In this document: positions 42,103 through 52,403 of the stretch, in pieces
Layout of the letters: each line of letters opens with the position of its first letter
Position numbering within the stretch: the stretch's first letter is position 1
Source: Promethearchaeota archaeon Loki_b32
GTDB lineage: Archaea; Asgardarchaeota; Lokiarchaeia; Sigyniarchaeales; SOKP01
NCBI GenBank assembly: GCA_005223125.1
Contig: NJBH01000017.1
Location: 19,891 to 83,890, forward strand
Direction of reading: 5' to 3'
DNA: 64,000 bases
Translations under genes and position numbers: made by a program
The notes under the pieces: generated by a model
What the model was told of the DNA's origin: nothing
The model's database searches: none
The model's input: only the letters and a program-made list of their open reading frames with translations

Positions 42103-42930
42103 TCAGAAATTCAAAAATTCTTCTATTGAAAGATGAACAAAATCACTTATTCTATTCTCAGAATTAACAAAATATATAGGATTTATTATCATTTTTTTCA
42201 ACCATTTTATTAGTTTTAATGCATAAGAGAGTTTTTTTAGTTTGGTGGGACTTGCTTCTTGATTTATTTTCATGTCTAACTTGGAATACTTCCCTATGAT
42301 ATTTCCAAAATCCATCCCTATTAGAAATAATCTATGAAATGAAGATAATAAAGTTCGTAAAAAAAAAAGTATTCTATCTCCATCAGTAAACCCTCCTGGA
42401 TTTATAATGTTTTGTATTGGGTCTACTTGTGTAGTTCCTATAATATTTTTAAATTTTATTATATTTTCTTCAAAAAACCATAATTTCCTAATGTTGTCAC
42501 CATGGGCATGGACTATGTTGAATCTTGCATATTCAAGTTCATTTTTTGTAATCCCATCTAAATCTGAAAAAATAGCATCAATATGAATACCTTTTTTCTT
42601 TAGTAAGATTGAGGCACCATCTGCTGCTAAAATGATATAATCTTTAAAAAAATTTGCCCCTTTTTTTCCCCCAATAATATCAATAGTTTTTTCTAATGAT
42701 GGACCGCATCCAAATATTAGAAGTGATGATTTTGTTAAAAGCCTTTCTTTAAACAACTTTAAAACATTATTTATTTCCCAATTTTTATTTTTCTTTGAGA
42801 GGATTAGCGATAAATAATCACGAGCCTCACAATCCTTTTGATAGTCAAATTTGAAATCATTTTTTATCTGATTATACCAATCTTTGAATTCGGTATAAAA
42901 ATTTAGTTGATCCTTTAGATTAAAATCCAT
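42103..42930 (-). CDS. mptE: 6-hydroxymethyl-7,8-dihydropterin pyrophosphokinase (DUF115)
   Basis: GCGPSL, AADGA, SDLDG, VHAHGDN and GGFTDGDR motifs. Confidence 0.88.
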   Translation of the reverse strand: MDFNLKDQLNFYTEFKDWYNQIKNDFKFDYQKDCEARDYLSLILSKKNKNWEINNVLKLFKERLLTKSSLLIFGCGPSLEKTIDIIGGKKGANFFKDYIILAADGASILLKKKGIHIDAIFSDLDGITKNELEYARFNIVHAHGDNIRKLWFFEENIIKFKNIIGTTQVDPIQNIINPGGFTDGDRILFFLRTLLSSFHRLFLIGMDFGNIIGKYSKLDMKINQEASPTKLKKLSYALKLIKWLKKMIINPIYFVNSENRISDFVHLSIEEFLNF

Positions 42931-43059
42931 ACTTCCTAAATTATATCTTTGAAAAAAGCAATCATAAAATTTTAAATTATTACCTTAATTAATAAAAACA
43001 TACTATTTAATACAATATTATTATAATTCATAAATTTAATAAAAAAGAGTTAGGTAAAA

Positions 43060-43452
43060 ATGGCTAAATGGTTTACTAAAACACATCAATGGTTTGATGA
43101 TGCTACAAAAATGGTTGGACTTACACCCTACGCAGCAGAACAACTTGGAGAAATCAGTTTTGTTGATGTGGAAGGTCTTGAAGGTGCTACACTTGAACAA
43201 GTAAAATTAGATGGAGATGAACCATCAAGCGATCCAATTGATTGCACAGTTGAATCAAGTAAAGCTGTTGGCGATATTTATTCGCCTGTAAGTGGTAATG
43301 TTATTGAAGTTAATTCTGACTTGATGGATGAACCAGAAAAAATTAATGAAGATGCTTTTGCAGCTTGGCTATTTAAAATCGAGCCATCAAATTGGGATGC
43401 TGAAAAGGGAAACTTATTAGACGAAGGAGTATATAACGCTTTTATTGGGTAA
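43060..43452 (+). CDS. gcvH: Glycine cleavage system H protein
   Basis: THQW, AAEQLGEISFVD and lipoyl-Lys motif VESSKAVGDIYSP. Confidence 0.93.
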   Translation: MAKWFTKTHQWFDDATKMVGLTPYAAEQLGEISFVDVEGLEGATLEQVKLDGDEPSSDPIDCTVESSKAVGDIYSPVSGNVIEVNSDLMDEPEKINEDAFAAWLFKIEPSNWDAEKGNLLDEGVYNAFIG

Positions 43453-43618
43453 TATAAATAATATTTTTTATTTAATTTCTCTAAATAACTTTTTCTTTTT
43501 TTTAATTTTTATCAAAACCTCCAGAAAAATTTAATAAATTCATTTTAGTCTTAATAATGGATCCAAAATGAATTTTAAACATAATTTGATAGAAAATTAT
43601 TATGAATCTATAATTTAA

Positions 43619-44110
43619 TTACATTTTTACATCTAACATATATTGCAATAGGATAAATGATATAATTATCATCATTAACCCAATTACTAAAATCGAAACT
43701 GCCATCTTTTTATCATATACATATTTAGATGCTTGAAACAATGCTATAAATCCTATTGAACAAAAAAGAATCAAAATAGAAGCTACAATACCTTCAATAA
43801 TAAAACTTTCATGAATACTATTATAAATAAATATAGGATCTCCAGCGCTATTAGCCCCTAACGCAGGAGGGCCTCTAACTAGGAAATATACTGCTCCAGT
43901 TTGAAGAACAAATAAAATTATAAAAATAATTATTAAGCTTAAAGATCGGGAGGGCATTGGAAAAGATATTCTAGGAAGTTTTAATCTAGGATAACTAATT
44001 TTTGGCTTTCTTAATGAATTTCCAAAAATCCAAGGAGTTCTGCTTTTAATTTTTTCAAAAACAGTTTCAGAACCAATGATTTCCTCTTTTTTAGATGTTT
44101 CTTTTTGCAT
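43619..44110 (-). CDS. OST3/OST6-like oligosaccharyltransferase membrane subunit (TM part only)
   Basis: Three TM helices; GAVYFLVRGPP...IFIYNSIHESFIIEG resembles the OST3/6 loop motif. Confidence 0.6.
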   Translation of the reverse strand: MQKETSKKEEIIGSETVFEKIKSRTPWIFGNSLRKPKISYPRLKLPRISFPMPSRSLSLIIIFIILFVLQTGAVYFLVRGPPALGANSAGDPIFIYNSIHESFIIEGIVASILILFCSIGFIALFQASKYVYDKKMAVSILVIGLMMIIISFILLQYMLDVKM

Positions 44111-44179
44111 AGGCTATGAAATAATTATTAAACGAAATTTATTAAGTTTTTCAAAGAGTTATAAAATAACTCTAATAAT

Positions 44180-45676
44180 CTAATTTAATTTTTTTAGTAG
44201 ACTAATTAGAACATTCCAAACTTTTTCAACAGATTTAATTAATACGCGTTCATCTGGCGAATGTGCACCTTCATTAGTAGGTCCAATTGAAATCATTTCC
44301 ATATTCGGAAATTTTTTTTTAAGAATTCCACATTCTAAACCAGCATGAATAGCTTTAATTTTTAAATCTTCATTATACATTGCCTTATATGATTCTTTAA
44401 ATTTTGTCAAAAGCTTGGATTGGAAATTTGGTGTCCACCCAGGGTAATCAGAATCTCTTATTATATTGATATCTAAATCACTCAAGTCCAATAACGCTTT
44501 AGTTTTTTCCCAAATTACAGTTTTAAAATATTCACTCAAACTTCTTTGGCTTATTTTGATTTCTATATCATCATCTCTCGTTGTGATTGTCCCGAAATTA
44601 GAAGAATTAAATACTAATCCATCAATTCGAGGATGCATCGACAGAAGACCATTCGGTATTAGATACATTATATTTAATAAATCGTTCTGAACCTTATCTG
44701 ACAAAACCCTATTATCAGTGTAATCATCCAGTTTCTCTATCAATATATCTAAATTGAGCTCGATACCATCAAATATAATTTTTATATCATTAAATAGGTC
44801 CTGTGTAAATAATAATACTTCTGAAAATTTGTCCTTTTCGATATAGATTATTGCAGTCACTTCTCTAGGTATCGCATTAGTTCTATTTCCCCCATCTATT
44901 GAACAAAGATGAATTGGATATTCTTTATTTAATTTCCAAAGAAGTTGACCAATGATTTTTAACGCATTCCCTCTTCCTAAATGAATATCTACCCCTGAAT
45001 GCCCTCCTAATAATCCAGAAATAAAGATCTTTACTGGTAGGAAATTATTATCTTTTAAATTTAATTCTATTGTACTCTTTTTAATTTCAATAAAGTGAAC
45101 CAGCCCACCAGCACATCCTATTGTTGCAGCGTCATCTTCTTCTGAATCCAGATTTATTAAGAAATCTCCCTCTAAAAAATCTTTCTCAATTTTAAATGCA
45201 CCTCTAAGACCTTGCTCTTCATCAACAGTAAATAATAATTCAAACCCTAATGAATCAAAATTTAATTCTCCTTTCTGAATTTTATTCATTAGAGTTAACA
45301 TATAACATATGCCTACACCATTGTCAGCGCCTAATGTTGTTCCTTCAGCCGTAAGCCATTTCTCATTTTCAATTTCCTCAATTTTTAATTTCAATGGATC
45401 TTTTGAAAAATTATGTATTATTGATTCATTTTTTTCGCAAACCATATCCATATGGCATTGTAGCACTCCAGTTAATTTTTGATTTGATTTGGCAGGTATT
45501 TTTACTACAAGATTTCCAATCGAATCAATCTTACTTTTATACCCCAATTTCTCTGCTTCTTCCTTTATGAATATTCTTATCTTTTCTTCCTGCTCAGAAC
45601 ATCTAGGAATTTTAGATACTTTTTCGAAATATTCCCAAAATTCAAACGGTTGTCCTAAATCTTTTAAATTTAACAA
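44180..45676 (-). CDS. pepD: Aminoacyl-histidine dipeptidase (M20C)
   Basis: LQCHMDMVCEK, TTLGADNGVG, TVDEEQG, NLDSEE, IHAGLECG and HSPDE motifs. Confidence 0.93.
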   Translation of the reverse strand: MLNLKDLGQPFEFWEYFEKVSKIPRCSEQEEKIRIFIKEEAEKLGYKSKIDSIGNLVVKIPAKSNQKLTGVLQCHMDMVCEKNESIIHNFSKDPLKLKIEEIENEKWLTAEGTTLGADNGVGICYMLTLMNKIQKGELNFDSLGFELLFTVDEEQGLRGAFKIEKDFLEGDFLINLDSEEDDAATIGCAGGLVHFIEIKKSTIELNLKDNNFLPVKIFISGLLGGHSGVDIHLGRGNALKIIGQLLWKLNKEYPIHLCSIDGGNRTNAIPREVTAIIYIEKDKFSEVLLFTQDLFNDIKIIFDGIELNLDILIEKLDDYTDNRVLSDKVQNDLLNIMYLIPNGLLSMHPRIDGLVFNSSNFGTITTRDDDIEIKISQRSLSEYFKTVIWEKTKALLDLSDLDINIIRDSDYPGWTPNFQSKLLTKFKESYKAMYNEDLKIKAIHAGLECGILKKKFPNMEMISIGPTNEGAHSPDERVLIKSVEKVWNVLISLLKKLN

Positions 45677-45772
45677 TATTATCCCTTCTCATTAAAATAT
45701 ATATATTGATTCATTTATAATAATTATAAAATAACACTAAATTCTTTATAACTTTACTTAAAGGCTGATCAC

Positions 45773-46900
45773 ATGAGTTGGAAAGATCTTTATTCAGAAG
45801 TGAAGAAACGTAAAATGGAAGCATTGGATAAAAAAGATGTTGTGCAAGCCGTTGAAAAACATGGAAAAATATTAGCTGTAAATGGAAGATATGAAAAACC
45901 AAAAAAAGTAATTGAGCATATGTACGCTTCATTAAAGAACGTCATTAGAGAAAAAGAAATGATGAAAGAAGATTTGTCTCAGTATGATGTAGTACTTATC
46001 GGTTGTCCTGGTAGCGATATCCCTTATGCATCTCATCCAAAAGTGAGGGATTTTGTCATGAATGGGGGATGGTTAATTACAACTGATTGGGCTCTACGAA
46101 GCATCATTGAAAATATTTTCCCGGGATATATACGTTGGAATCAAGCCAAAACGGCTGATGCTGTTGTCGCCTGTCAAATTATTGAACCAAATCACCCTTT
46201 TTTAGATGGGGTTTTAACAGAAATTCAACAAAGTAAGTGGCAAAAACAAACAGCAAAAAATACAAAGAAAAGTGAATTTCGTTGGTGGTTAGAAACACGA
46301 TCATTTCCAATACAGATTGTAAACCATCAAGCAGTTAGAGTATTAATTGGTTCATGGGAAATTCAAAATAAATGGGGAGAATCTCCAGTACTCGTAGAAT
46401 TTGATTATGGAAAAAAGGGAGGAAGAATAATTCATATGATTAGCCATACTCACTTACAGAAAGGTGGAGCCAAGGGAAAATACGCGTCCGCTTTAATATT
46501 AACAAATATTTTAGATGAAAAAGTATCCCAAAAAATGGGTATTTCTAAAAAGCAACCCACCGGATATGTTGCTGATTGGCAACAGTCACAACCTCAACAA
46601 CAAAGTTATCAACATCCTTTAGAAGAACAATGGGTTTCGCCGCCTCCGCAAACTAACTACTTAACTCCTACAACAGAAGGAAGTGGGCTAACGCAAACTT
46701 CTCAAATAGTTGAAGTAGATGTAAATAGTTCCAATTTCTCATTTGCAAATAATTGCATTTATTGTGGATATGATTTCACAGAATATTCAGGAAAAATATA
46801 TACCTGTCAATCATGTAAAGCCTTATACCATGAAAATTGTATAAATAGTCAGATCAATGAAGGAATATGTAAAAATTGTAGCAGAATATTATTATGGTAA
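45773..46900 (+). CDS. Class I glutamine amidotransferase-like domain + Q/P-rich linker + C-terminal C4HC3 RING/PHD-like finger
   Basis: DVVLIGCPG and FVMNGGWLITTDWAL motifs; CIYC..CQSC...HENC..CKNC. Confidence 0.65.
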   Translation: MSWKDLYSEVKKRKMEALDKKDVVQAVEKHGKILAVNGRYEKPKKVIEHMYASLKNVIREKEMMKEDLSQYDVVLIGCPGSDIPYASHPKVRDFVMNGGWLITTDWALRSIIENIFPGYIRWNQAKTADAVVACQIIEPNHPFLDGVLTEIQQSKWQKQTAKNTKKSEFRWWLETRSFPIQIVNHQAVRVLIGSWEIQNKWGESPVLVEFDYGKKGGRIIHMISHTHLQKGGAKGKYASALILTNILDEKVSQKMGISKKQPTGYVADWQQSQPQQQSYQHPLEEQWVSPPPQTNYLTPTTEGSGLTQTSQIVEVDVNSSNFSFANNCIYCGYDFTEYSGKIYTCQSCKALYHENCINSQINEGICKNCSRILLW

Positions 46901-47010
46901 TTTTCTTTTTTATTGTTTAATAGTAATCTTTCACACAATTTTTTAACACTATCTTTCTTTTACTAATAAACATTCATGATATCATTAAAAATGATAAGGA
47001 GTCGATAGAA

Positions 47011-48300
47011 ATGGTAGATCTCAATAAAATATATGAAGAAGTTGATAATTTAGATAGAGAAAGAATTATGGATTTAATGAGATCTCTAATTAGTATTGAC
47101 ACTTCAGTACCTCCAGGAAATTCATACAGAAAGTATATAGATACAATTTCGCCTTATTTTAAAGAGTTAAAATATGATCTCGAAGAAGTCATTGTTCCAG
47201 AAGAACTTATTAACCAAATTCTATTACCATTAGAAGGCCCAAGAATTAATCTTGTTGCTACAAAAGAATTCGGAATAAAGAAAAATATTACTTTTTGTGG
47301 TCATATGGATGTTGTTCCCGCCACAAACGAAGGAAGTCAAAAATGGAAATTTCCCCCTTTTGAAGCTACAATGATTAAAAGTGGAAAGATCTATGGTAGA
47401 GGAGTCGGTGATAATAAAGGACCAATGGTTTGTTTAATTATAGCACTTCAAATTATAGATAAATTAAATCTTAGACCCAAATATAATATTAGAGTTCTGA
47501 ATTGTACTGATGAAGAAATTGGGGTTTATCCTGGAATTCGTTATTTAGCGGAACATGGATATGTACAAGGGACTGTATTTTCAATAGATTATTCTATTGA
47601 ACCAATTATATTAATGGGTACTGCAGGAGATTTAGAAATTGAAGTTGAAACAATTGGAAGGAGCTCACATTCAGGTCTCAGTCTTTTAGGTGTCAATGCT
47701 CTAGAAGAAATGGTAACAATTTTAGTAGAACTAATGAAATTGAAGAAAAATGTGGAATCACGTCAAAGTATAGATATTCCAGGTTTTCCAGATCCTAAAA
47801 CAAAAGAAAAACGTAATTTATCTCCATTGTTTAACTTAGATATAATAAAATCTGGTGAAAAAGCTAATATTATCCCAGATATATGCAAATTAACAATAAA
47901 CCGACGAATAATACCTGATGAAACTATTGAAGAAGTAACAAAAGAAATAATTGACGCAATAGAATTAGGTAAAACAAAAAGTAATGCATTAGATGTAAAA
48001 ATTTCATTTAAATATTCATATCCTCCATTAAAAGTCGATATTAATAGCCCAGAAATCAAAAGGATTAGTAAAGTTATACAGTTAGTACATAAAATTCCTG
48101 AAGAAAAAATTCGCAAAACTGGAATGACACTTACTTTTGATGTAGGTTTTGTAGCACAAATTTTAAAAACTCAAGAGATAATACTTCGCGGTGTTGCTAC
48201 TGCAGGTTCTAACACTCATGGTGTAAATGAAACGATTAGATTAAAAAATATCAAAAAATTTATAAAAGAAATCATCATATTTCTATGCGCTGATTTATAA
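47011..48300 (+). CDS. M20/ArgE-DapE family metallopeptidase/deacylase
   Basis: GHMDVVP, GRGVGDNKG, DEEIG and HGVNE motifs. Confidence 0.9.
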   Translation: MVDLNKIYEEVDNLDRERIMDLMRSLISIDTSVPPGNSYRKYIDTISPYFKELKYDLEEVIVPEELINQILLPLEGPRINLVATKEFGIKKNITFCGHMDVVPATNEGSQKWKFPPFEATMIKSGKIYGRGVGDNKGPMVCLIIALQIIDKLNLRPKYNIRVLNCTDEEIGVYPGIRYLAEHGYVQGTVFSIDYSIEPIILMGTAGDLEIEVETIGRSSHSGLSLLGVNALEEMVTILVELMKLKKNVESRQSIDIPGFPDPKTKEKRNLSPLFNLDIIKSGEKANIIPDICKLTINRRIIPDETIEEVTKEIIDAIELGKTKSNALDVKISFKYSYPPLKVDINSPEIKRISKVIQLVHKIPEEKIRKTGMTLTFDVGFVAQILKTQEIILRGVATAGSNTHGVNETIRLKNIKKFIKEIIIFLCADL

Positions 48301-48362
48301 ACATTAAACAAAAATAGAAAGAAAAAATAAAAAAAATAAATTTTTTACCTTGTACTATAAAA

Positions 48363-48560
48363 TTAGTTTTCGATTATCTCTATTGCCTCTTCAGGACATT
48401 GAGTTTCGCAAGCCCTACAACCTACACAGTCTTCTCTGTTTTCTTCAATAACATTTACTTTACCTCCCTCAGGTTCGCCAAAGTTTTCAGAAGGGCACAC
48501 TTCATAACATGTACCACATCCAGTACATGCATCCATATCAAGCTTTATGTCAAAGGACAT
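48363..48560 (-). CDS. 2x[4Fe-4S] ferredoxin
   Basis: CTGCGTCYEVCP and CVGCRACETQCP motifs; SD-like AAGGAG upstream. Confidence 0.93.
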   Translation of the reverse strand: MSFDIKLDMDACTGCGTCYEVCPSENFGEPEGGKVNVIEENREDCVGCRACETQCPEEAIEIIEN

Positions 48561-48742
48561 TGTTTTTTGACTCCTTTCTGTTCTTATTTCTTAATTTCTA
48601 AATTATGATTATTTTATAATAATCCTAACTTTGATAATAATATAAAAAATATAAATTTCGTTTTTATTAAGAAAAATTATCTATTAATTATTATGTTTAA
48701 TTGTAAAATATATCGTTTAATAAAAAACTGTCATTCTAAGCC

Positions 48743-49867
48743 TTGAAAGTAACAGAACTCTGGAAATTCAAATACAAAGCGTCCATTCTTGGAATTGAAG
48801 TGGCTGATATTAATGGTAATGGTCAATCAGAAATAATTGCTTATACTAGAACCGGAATTTTATTATTCATATCCCTAAGTGGTAAATTATTGCATGAAGA
48901 AATAATTTCAAAAGATTTACCACTTTGGCATTTAAGAATATGCGATATTGATGATGATGGGAGATTGGAATTAATTTTGGGGGGGATGGATGGCATATTA
49001 CGAATTTTTAAATGTAGTTTTGCTTATAATTTGGAGCTTTTCTGGACTCACAAATTGAACTCTTCTATTAGCGGAATTCTTATAGGTGATATAAATAATG
49101 ACAATAAAAATGAATTAATTGTATTTTCTCTTGATAAAACTTTAAGAGTTTTAAATCCGTATGATGGTAAATTAGTTTGGGGACAAGTTTTTGAAGACGG
49201 TGTAGGAGATGCGAAGATTTTTATAAATGATAAAAATTTTCATAAAAAAGAAATCCTAGCATGTGGAAATGATGGAACTATCAGAAATTTTGAGGGAACA
49301 GATGGAAATCTATTATGGTTTAAAAAATACTCTGATAAAATGCGAGCTATTGCTTATATGAATACAACTAAAGGACAAATAGTAATATATGGAGGAGATG
49401 ACAAAAAATTACATATGATAAATAAAAATACTCAAGAGGAAATTAAAACTAAGGAATTTGACGATTATATATGGAAATGTATATCTTATCCATCTCCAAT
49501 TTTTAATAATGCTCTTGTCAGTTCTTATTCATTTGTCTATTTTGATGAATCAATACCCTTAGAAAAAACTGAATTTACATCACAATTAATTTGCTTAGAT
49601 CAATCTCTTAGTATTAATTGGGAATTAATCGGATATAATATTGAATTTCTAAATATAATTGGAAAATTTGATGAGTTTTATATTTTTGCCGTTACAACTA
49701 AAGGAGAGCTACTAATTATTGAAGAACAAACAGGAAAAATATTAATTAATAATATATATAATTCTTGTGCAAATATGATTCAATTTCTTACAAAAAAGAG
49801 ATTATTATTGAGTTGTTTTGATGATGGAACGATTATTACATATAAACTAGATGAGCATTTAGATTAA
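48743..49867 (+). CDS. Cytoplasmic beta-propeller protein with FG-GAP-like (DxxxDG) repeats
   Basis: ADINGNGQSEII, DIDDDGRLELILG and GDINNDNKNELIV repeats; no signal peptide. Confidence 0.75.
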   Translation: MKVTELWKFKYKASILGIEVADINGNGQSEIIAYTRTGILLFISLSGKLLHEEIISKDLPLWHLRICDIDDDGRLELILGGMDGILRIFKCSFAYNLELFWTHKLNSSISGILIGDINNDNKNELIVFSLDKTLRVLNPYDGKLVWGQVFEDGVGDAKIFINDKNFHKKEILACGNDGTIRNFEGTDGNLLWFKKYSDKMRAIAYMNTTKGQIVIYGGDDKKLHMINKNTQEEIKTKEFDDYIWKCISYPSPIFNNALVSSYSFVYFDESIPLEKTEFTSQLICLDQSLSINWELIGYNIEFLNIIGKFDEFYIFAVTTKGELLIIEEQTGKILINNIYNSCANMIQFLTKKRLLLSCFDDGTIITYKLDEHLD

Positions 49868-49948
49868 AATGTGACTAAATTCTGAAATAACGTGAAATCA
49901 AGTTAATTTTAAAATTTAAAATAAAAAAAAGAAAGTTTTATTAATGAC

Positions 49949-50257
49949 TTATTCTTCTTCTGCTGCCAATTCCTCCTCTAATTCTTCAAGTGGAACTGGT
50001 GCTGGTGTTGTTAACATGCTGTAACCAATCCAAATCGCGATAATTGCTATGAGAATCACTAACAGCCAGAGAGGTGCTACAACAAATAATCTCCAATCAA
50101 GCCAATCGATATCTAAGATATTAAGGAAGGAATCCCAATCTGGGTTATTCCAAATCGTGTCAAATAAGAGATCGACAATTGAACCCATGGTATAAATGAT
50201 AGCGATTAGGATACCAACAATCATGACTAGAGCCCCAATTACTTTATCCTTTGCGAT
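49949..50257 (-). CDS. Small two-TM archaeal membrane protein; probable ATC start (ATG at 50224 lies inside TM1)
   Basis: (I/M)AKDKVIGALVMIVG...WIGYSMLTTPAPVPLEELEEE; AGGAGTTGA 6 nt before ATC, with an in-frame stop just upstream. Confidence 0.7.
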   Translation of the reverse strand: MAKDKVIGALVMIVGILIAIIYTMGSIVDLLFDTIWNNPDWDSFLNILDIDWLDWRLFVVAPLWLLVILIAIIAIWIGYSMLTTPAPVPLEELEEELAAEEE

Positions 50258-50348
50258 TGTAAGTCAACTCCTATATTTTTTTTTAACTTTTGATTCATTT
50301 AATTTAAATTAAATTTAAACAAAAGATTTGTTTAATATTAATGTTAAA

Positions 50349-50403
50349 AAATTATTCAATTAAAACCATTCTATTGAATTAAATTATTCAATTAAAACCA
50401 TTC
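50349..50403. repeat. 23-bp direct repeat (AAATTATTCAATTAAAACCATTC x2, period 32) in a divergent promoter region
   Basis: Exact copies at 50349-50371 and 50381-50403. Confidence 0.8.
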
Positions 50404-50507
50404 GATCAAAGCTATATTGGATCGTAAATAAGATATTTGGATGATCCACAAATAGACTATATAGGAATAATAAAATTATAAAGATAGTAAAACTAAATAC
50501 TAAATTT

Positions 50508-51488
50508 ATGTCTGAAGAAACTGAAACTGAAACTGAATATGTCCTTATTATTGGTTCAAGCAATATGGATTTAAATATTTATTCTAAAAGATTACCAAAT
50601 CCAGGAGAAACAGTAACTGGAGGGACATTTAAACAATTTTTAGGAGGAAAAGGGGCGAATCAAGCTGTCGCATCAGTGAGATCAGGAGCTAGAACTATTT
50701 TCATTGGAAAGATTGGAAATGATTTATTTGGTGATAAAATGATTTCTCGATTGACAGATGAAGGTGTTAATATGGATCATATTTTCAGAGATCCTCAAGA
50801 ACCAAGTGGAGTGGCATTTATCTTAATTGATGAAAATGGTGAAAACATGATAAGTGTAGCACCTGGAGCAAATTTTAATCTAAAACCAGATGAAATTAGA
50901 TCTAAAACTCAAATCATTAAAAATTCATCTTCGATCGTTGTTCAGATGGAAATTCCGATGGATACCATTCAAGAGATATTTAAAATAGCTTCTGAAGGAA
51001 AGGCAATTAAAATTCTAAATCCCGCACCATTAAAAACCATTCCGATTGAAGTTTTACGCAATGTCGATATCATAATTCCTAATGAGGGTGAACTTTTTCG
51101 TTTACATTCTCTATTAGGTTTCAATAATTTAAAAGAAGAGGGAAAACAAAAAATAATTCATATTTCAAAAGATCTTACTAATATAGGGGTAGAATATATC
51201 ATTACAACATTAGGAAACAAAGGATGTATAATTTTTGAAAAAAAGACAGATAAGATTTTTGAAGTAAGTGCTCCTAAGGTTGATGCCGTAGATACAGTTG
51301 GGGCCGGGGATTGTTTTATAGGGGTTTTAGCAAGTATGTTAAGTAAGGGTGAGACTATCTTAAATGCTGTAAACTATGCAACTACAGCAGCTTCAATTGC
51401 GGTTACAAGAAAAGGGGCTCAAGAATCTATGCCTTCTTTAAGCGATATTCAAAATAAATTAGAAAAATTAAATTTAAATGAACAATAA
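50508..51488 (+). CDS. rbsK: Ribokinase
   Basis: GSSNMDL, GGKGANQAVA, LNPAP, PNEGE and DTVGAGDCF motifs. Confidence 0.93.
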   Translation: MSEETETETEYVLIIGSSNMDLNIYSKRLPNPGETVTGGTFKQFLGGKGANQAVASVRSGARTIFIGKIGNDLFGDKMISRLTDEGVNMDHIFRDPQEPSGVAFILIDENGENMISVAPGANFNLKPDEIRSKTQIIKNSSSIVVQMEIPMDTIQEIFKIASEGKAIKILNPAPLKTIPIEVLRNVDIIIPNEGELFRLHSLLGFNNLKEEGKQKIIHISKDLTNIGVEYIITTLGNKGCIIFEKKTDKIFEVSAPKVDAVDTVGAGDCFIGVLASMLSKGETILNAVNYATTAASIAVTRKGAQESMPSLSDIQNKLEKLNLNEQ

Positions 51489-51500
51489 TAGGAGATTAAT

Positions 51501-52175
51501 TTGCAACAAGAAGATATTCACACTAAAAGAAGTACTTTATTGAGAAAGAATAATTCACAAGAATTAAAAATAGAAATAAACCAGAAAAATCTGGAAGATA
51601 TTTTCTTAATCAATGGATCACATTTTATAACTGAAGGGATTCTAAATTCAGATTTAATAATCAAGCCTAAAACTTGTTACATGATAATAAATAATGGAAA
51701 AACCCTACTTAATATCCACTATAACCAAGATATTTCAAACCATAAAATAATGTATGATCCTTATAAATATGAATCATTACAAAGGATTTATTTTAAACCA
51801 GAAATGTTTGAAGAAAGGTATAATATCCCCGAAGGATATATTGACACACTTCCGAAGTGGTATAGCTTTAAATTTACATATCCAGATTATAATTTAATTT
51901 TTATTCGCCCAGAATTTGGTCTCTCAATTCAAACCCATAAATTTAGAAATGAATCTTGGGAAATATTGGAAGGTAAACCAATTATAATCAATGGAGATAA
52001 AGTGTATTATTATGTTGAAACAGGTCAATTATTTCAAAACCCAATTAATACTTATCATTCTATTATTAATCCCAATAAAGATCATAACAAATTTGTAGTG
52101 ATTAAAGAAAGATGGAATGGAAAATTTGACGAGAATGATATAGATCGCGTTTTTAATCCAAATTATTATGAATAA
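51501..52175 (+). CDS. Cupin (type II mannose-6-phosphate isomerase-like) domain protein
   Basis: LSIQTHKFRNESW..H..FDENDIDRV motif. Confidence 0.7.
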   Translation: MQQEDIHTKRSTLLRKNNSQELKIEINQKNLEDIFLINGSHFITEGILNSDLIIKPKTCYMIINNGKTLLNIHYNQDISNHKIMYDPYKYESLQRIYFKPEMFEERYNIPEGYIDTLPKWYSFKFTYPDYNLIFIRPEFGLSIQTHKFRNESWEILEGKPIIINGDKVYYYVETGQLFQNPINTYHSIINPNKDHNKFVVIKERWNGKFDENDIDRVFNPNYYE

Positions 52176-52403
52176 CTCTTTTTTACCTATAAAAAAAGTA
52201 GACAAAAAGCTGTTTCTAATTTAATGTATTAAGATAAGTGAGATTCTCTTCAAAATTTCATCTAACACTTATAAGTTTTATGATTTTTGTTAACCTAACC
52301 TAAAAGTTAAAATTCTAAATAACACTACAAACCTTACCGTAATATGATTTATAAGAAAAAATTTACTTAATAATATAAATGGAATAAGCAGATTGGTTTA
52401 AAA

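Noticed and set aside
50349-50403. Direct repeat as a mini-CRISPR
   Set aside because: Two copies with a 9-bp spacer; too short, with no leader or cas genes.
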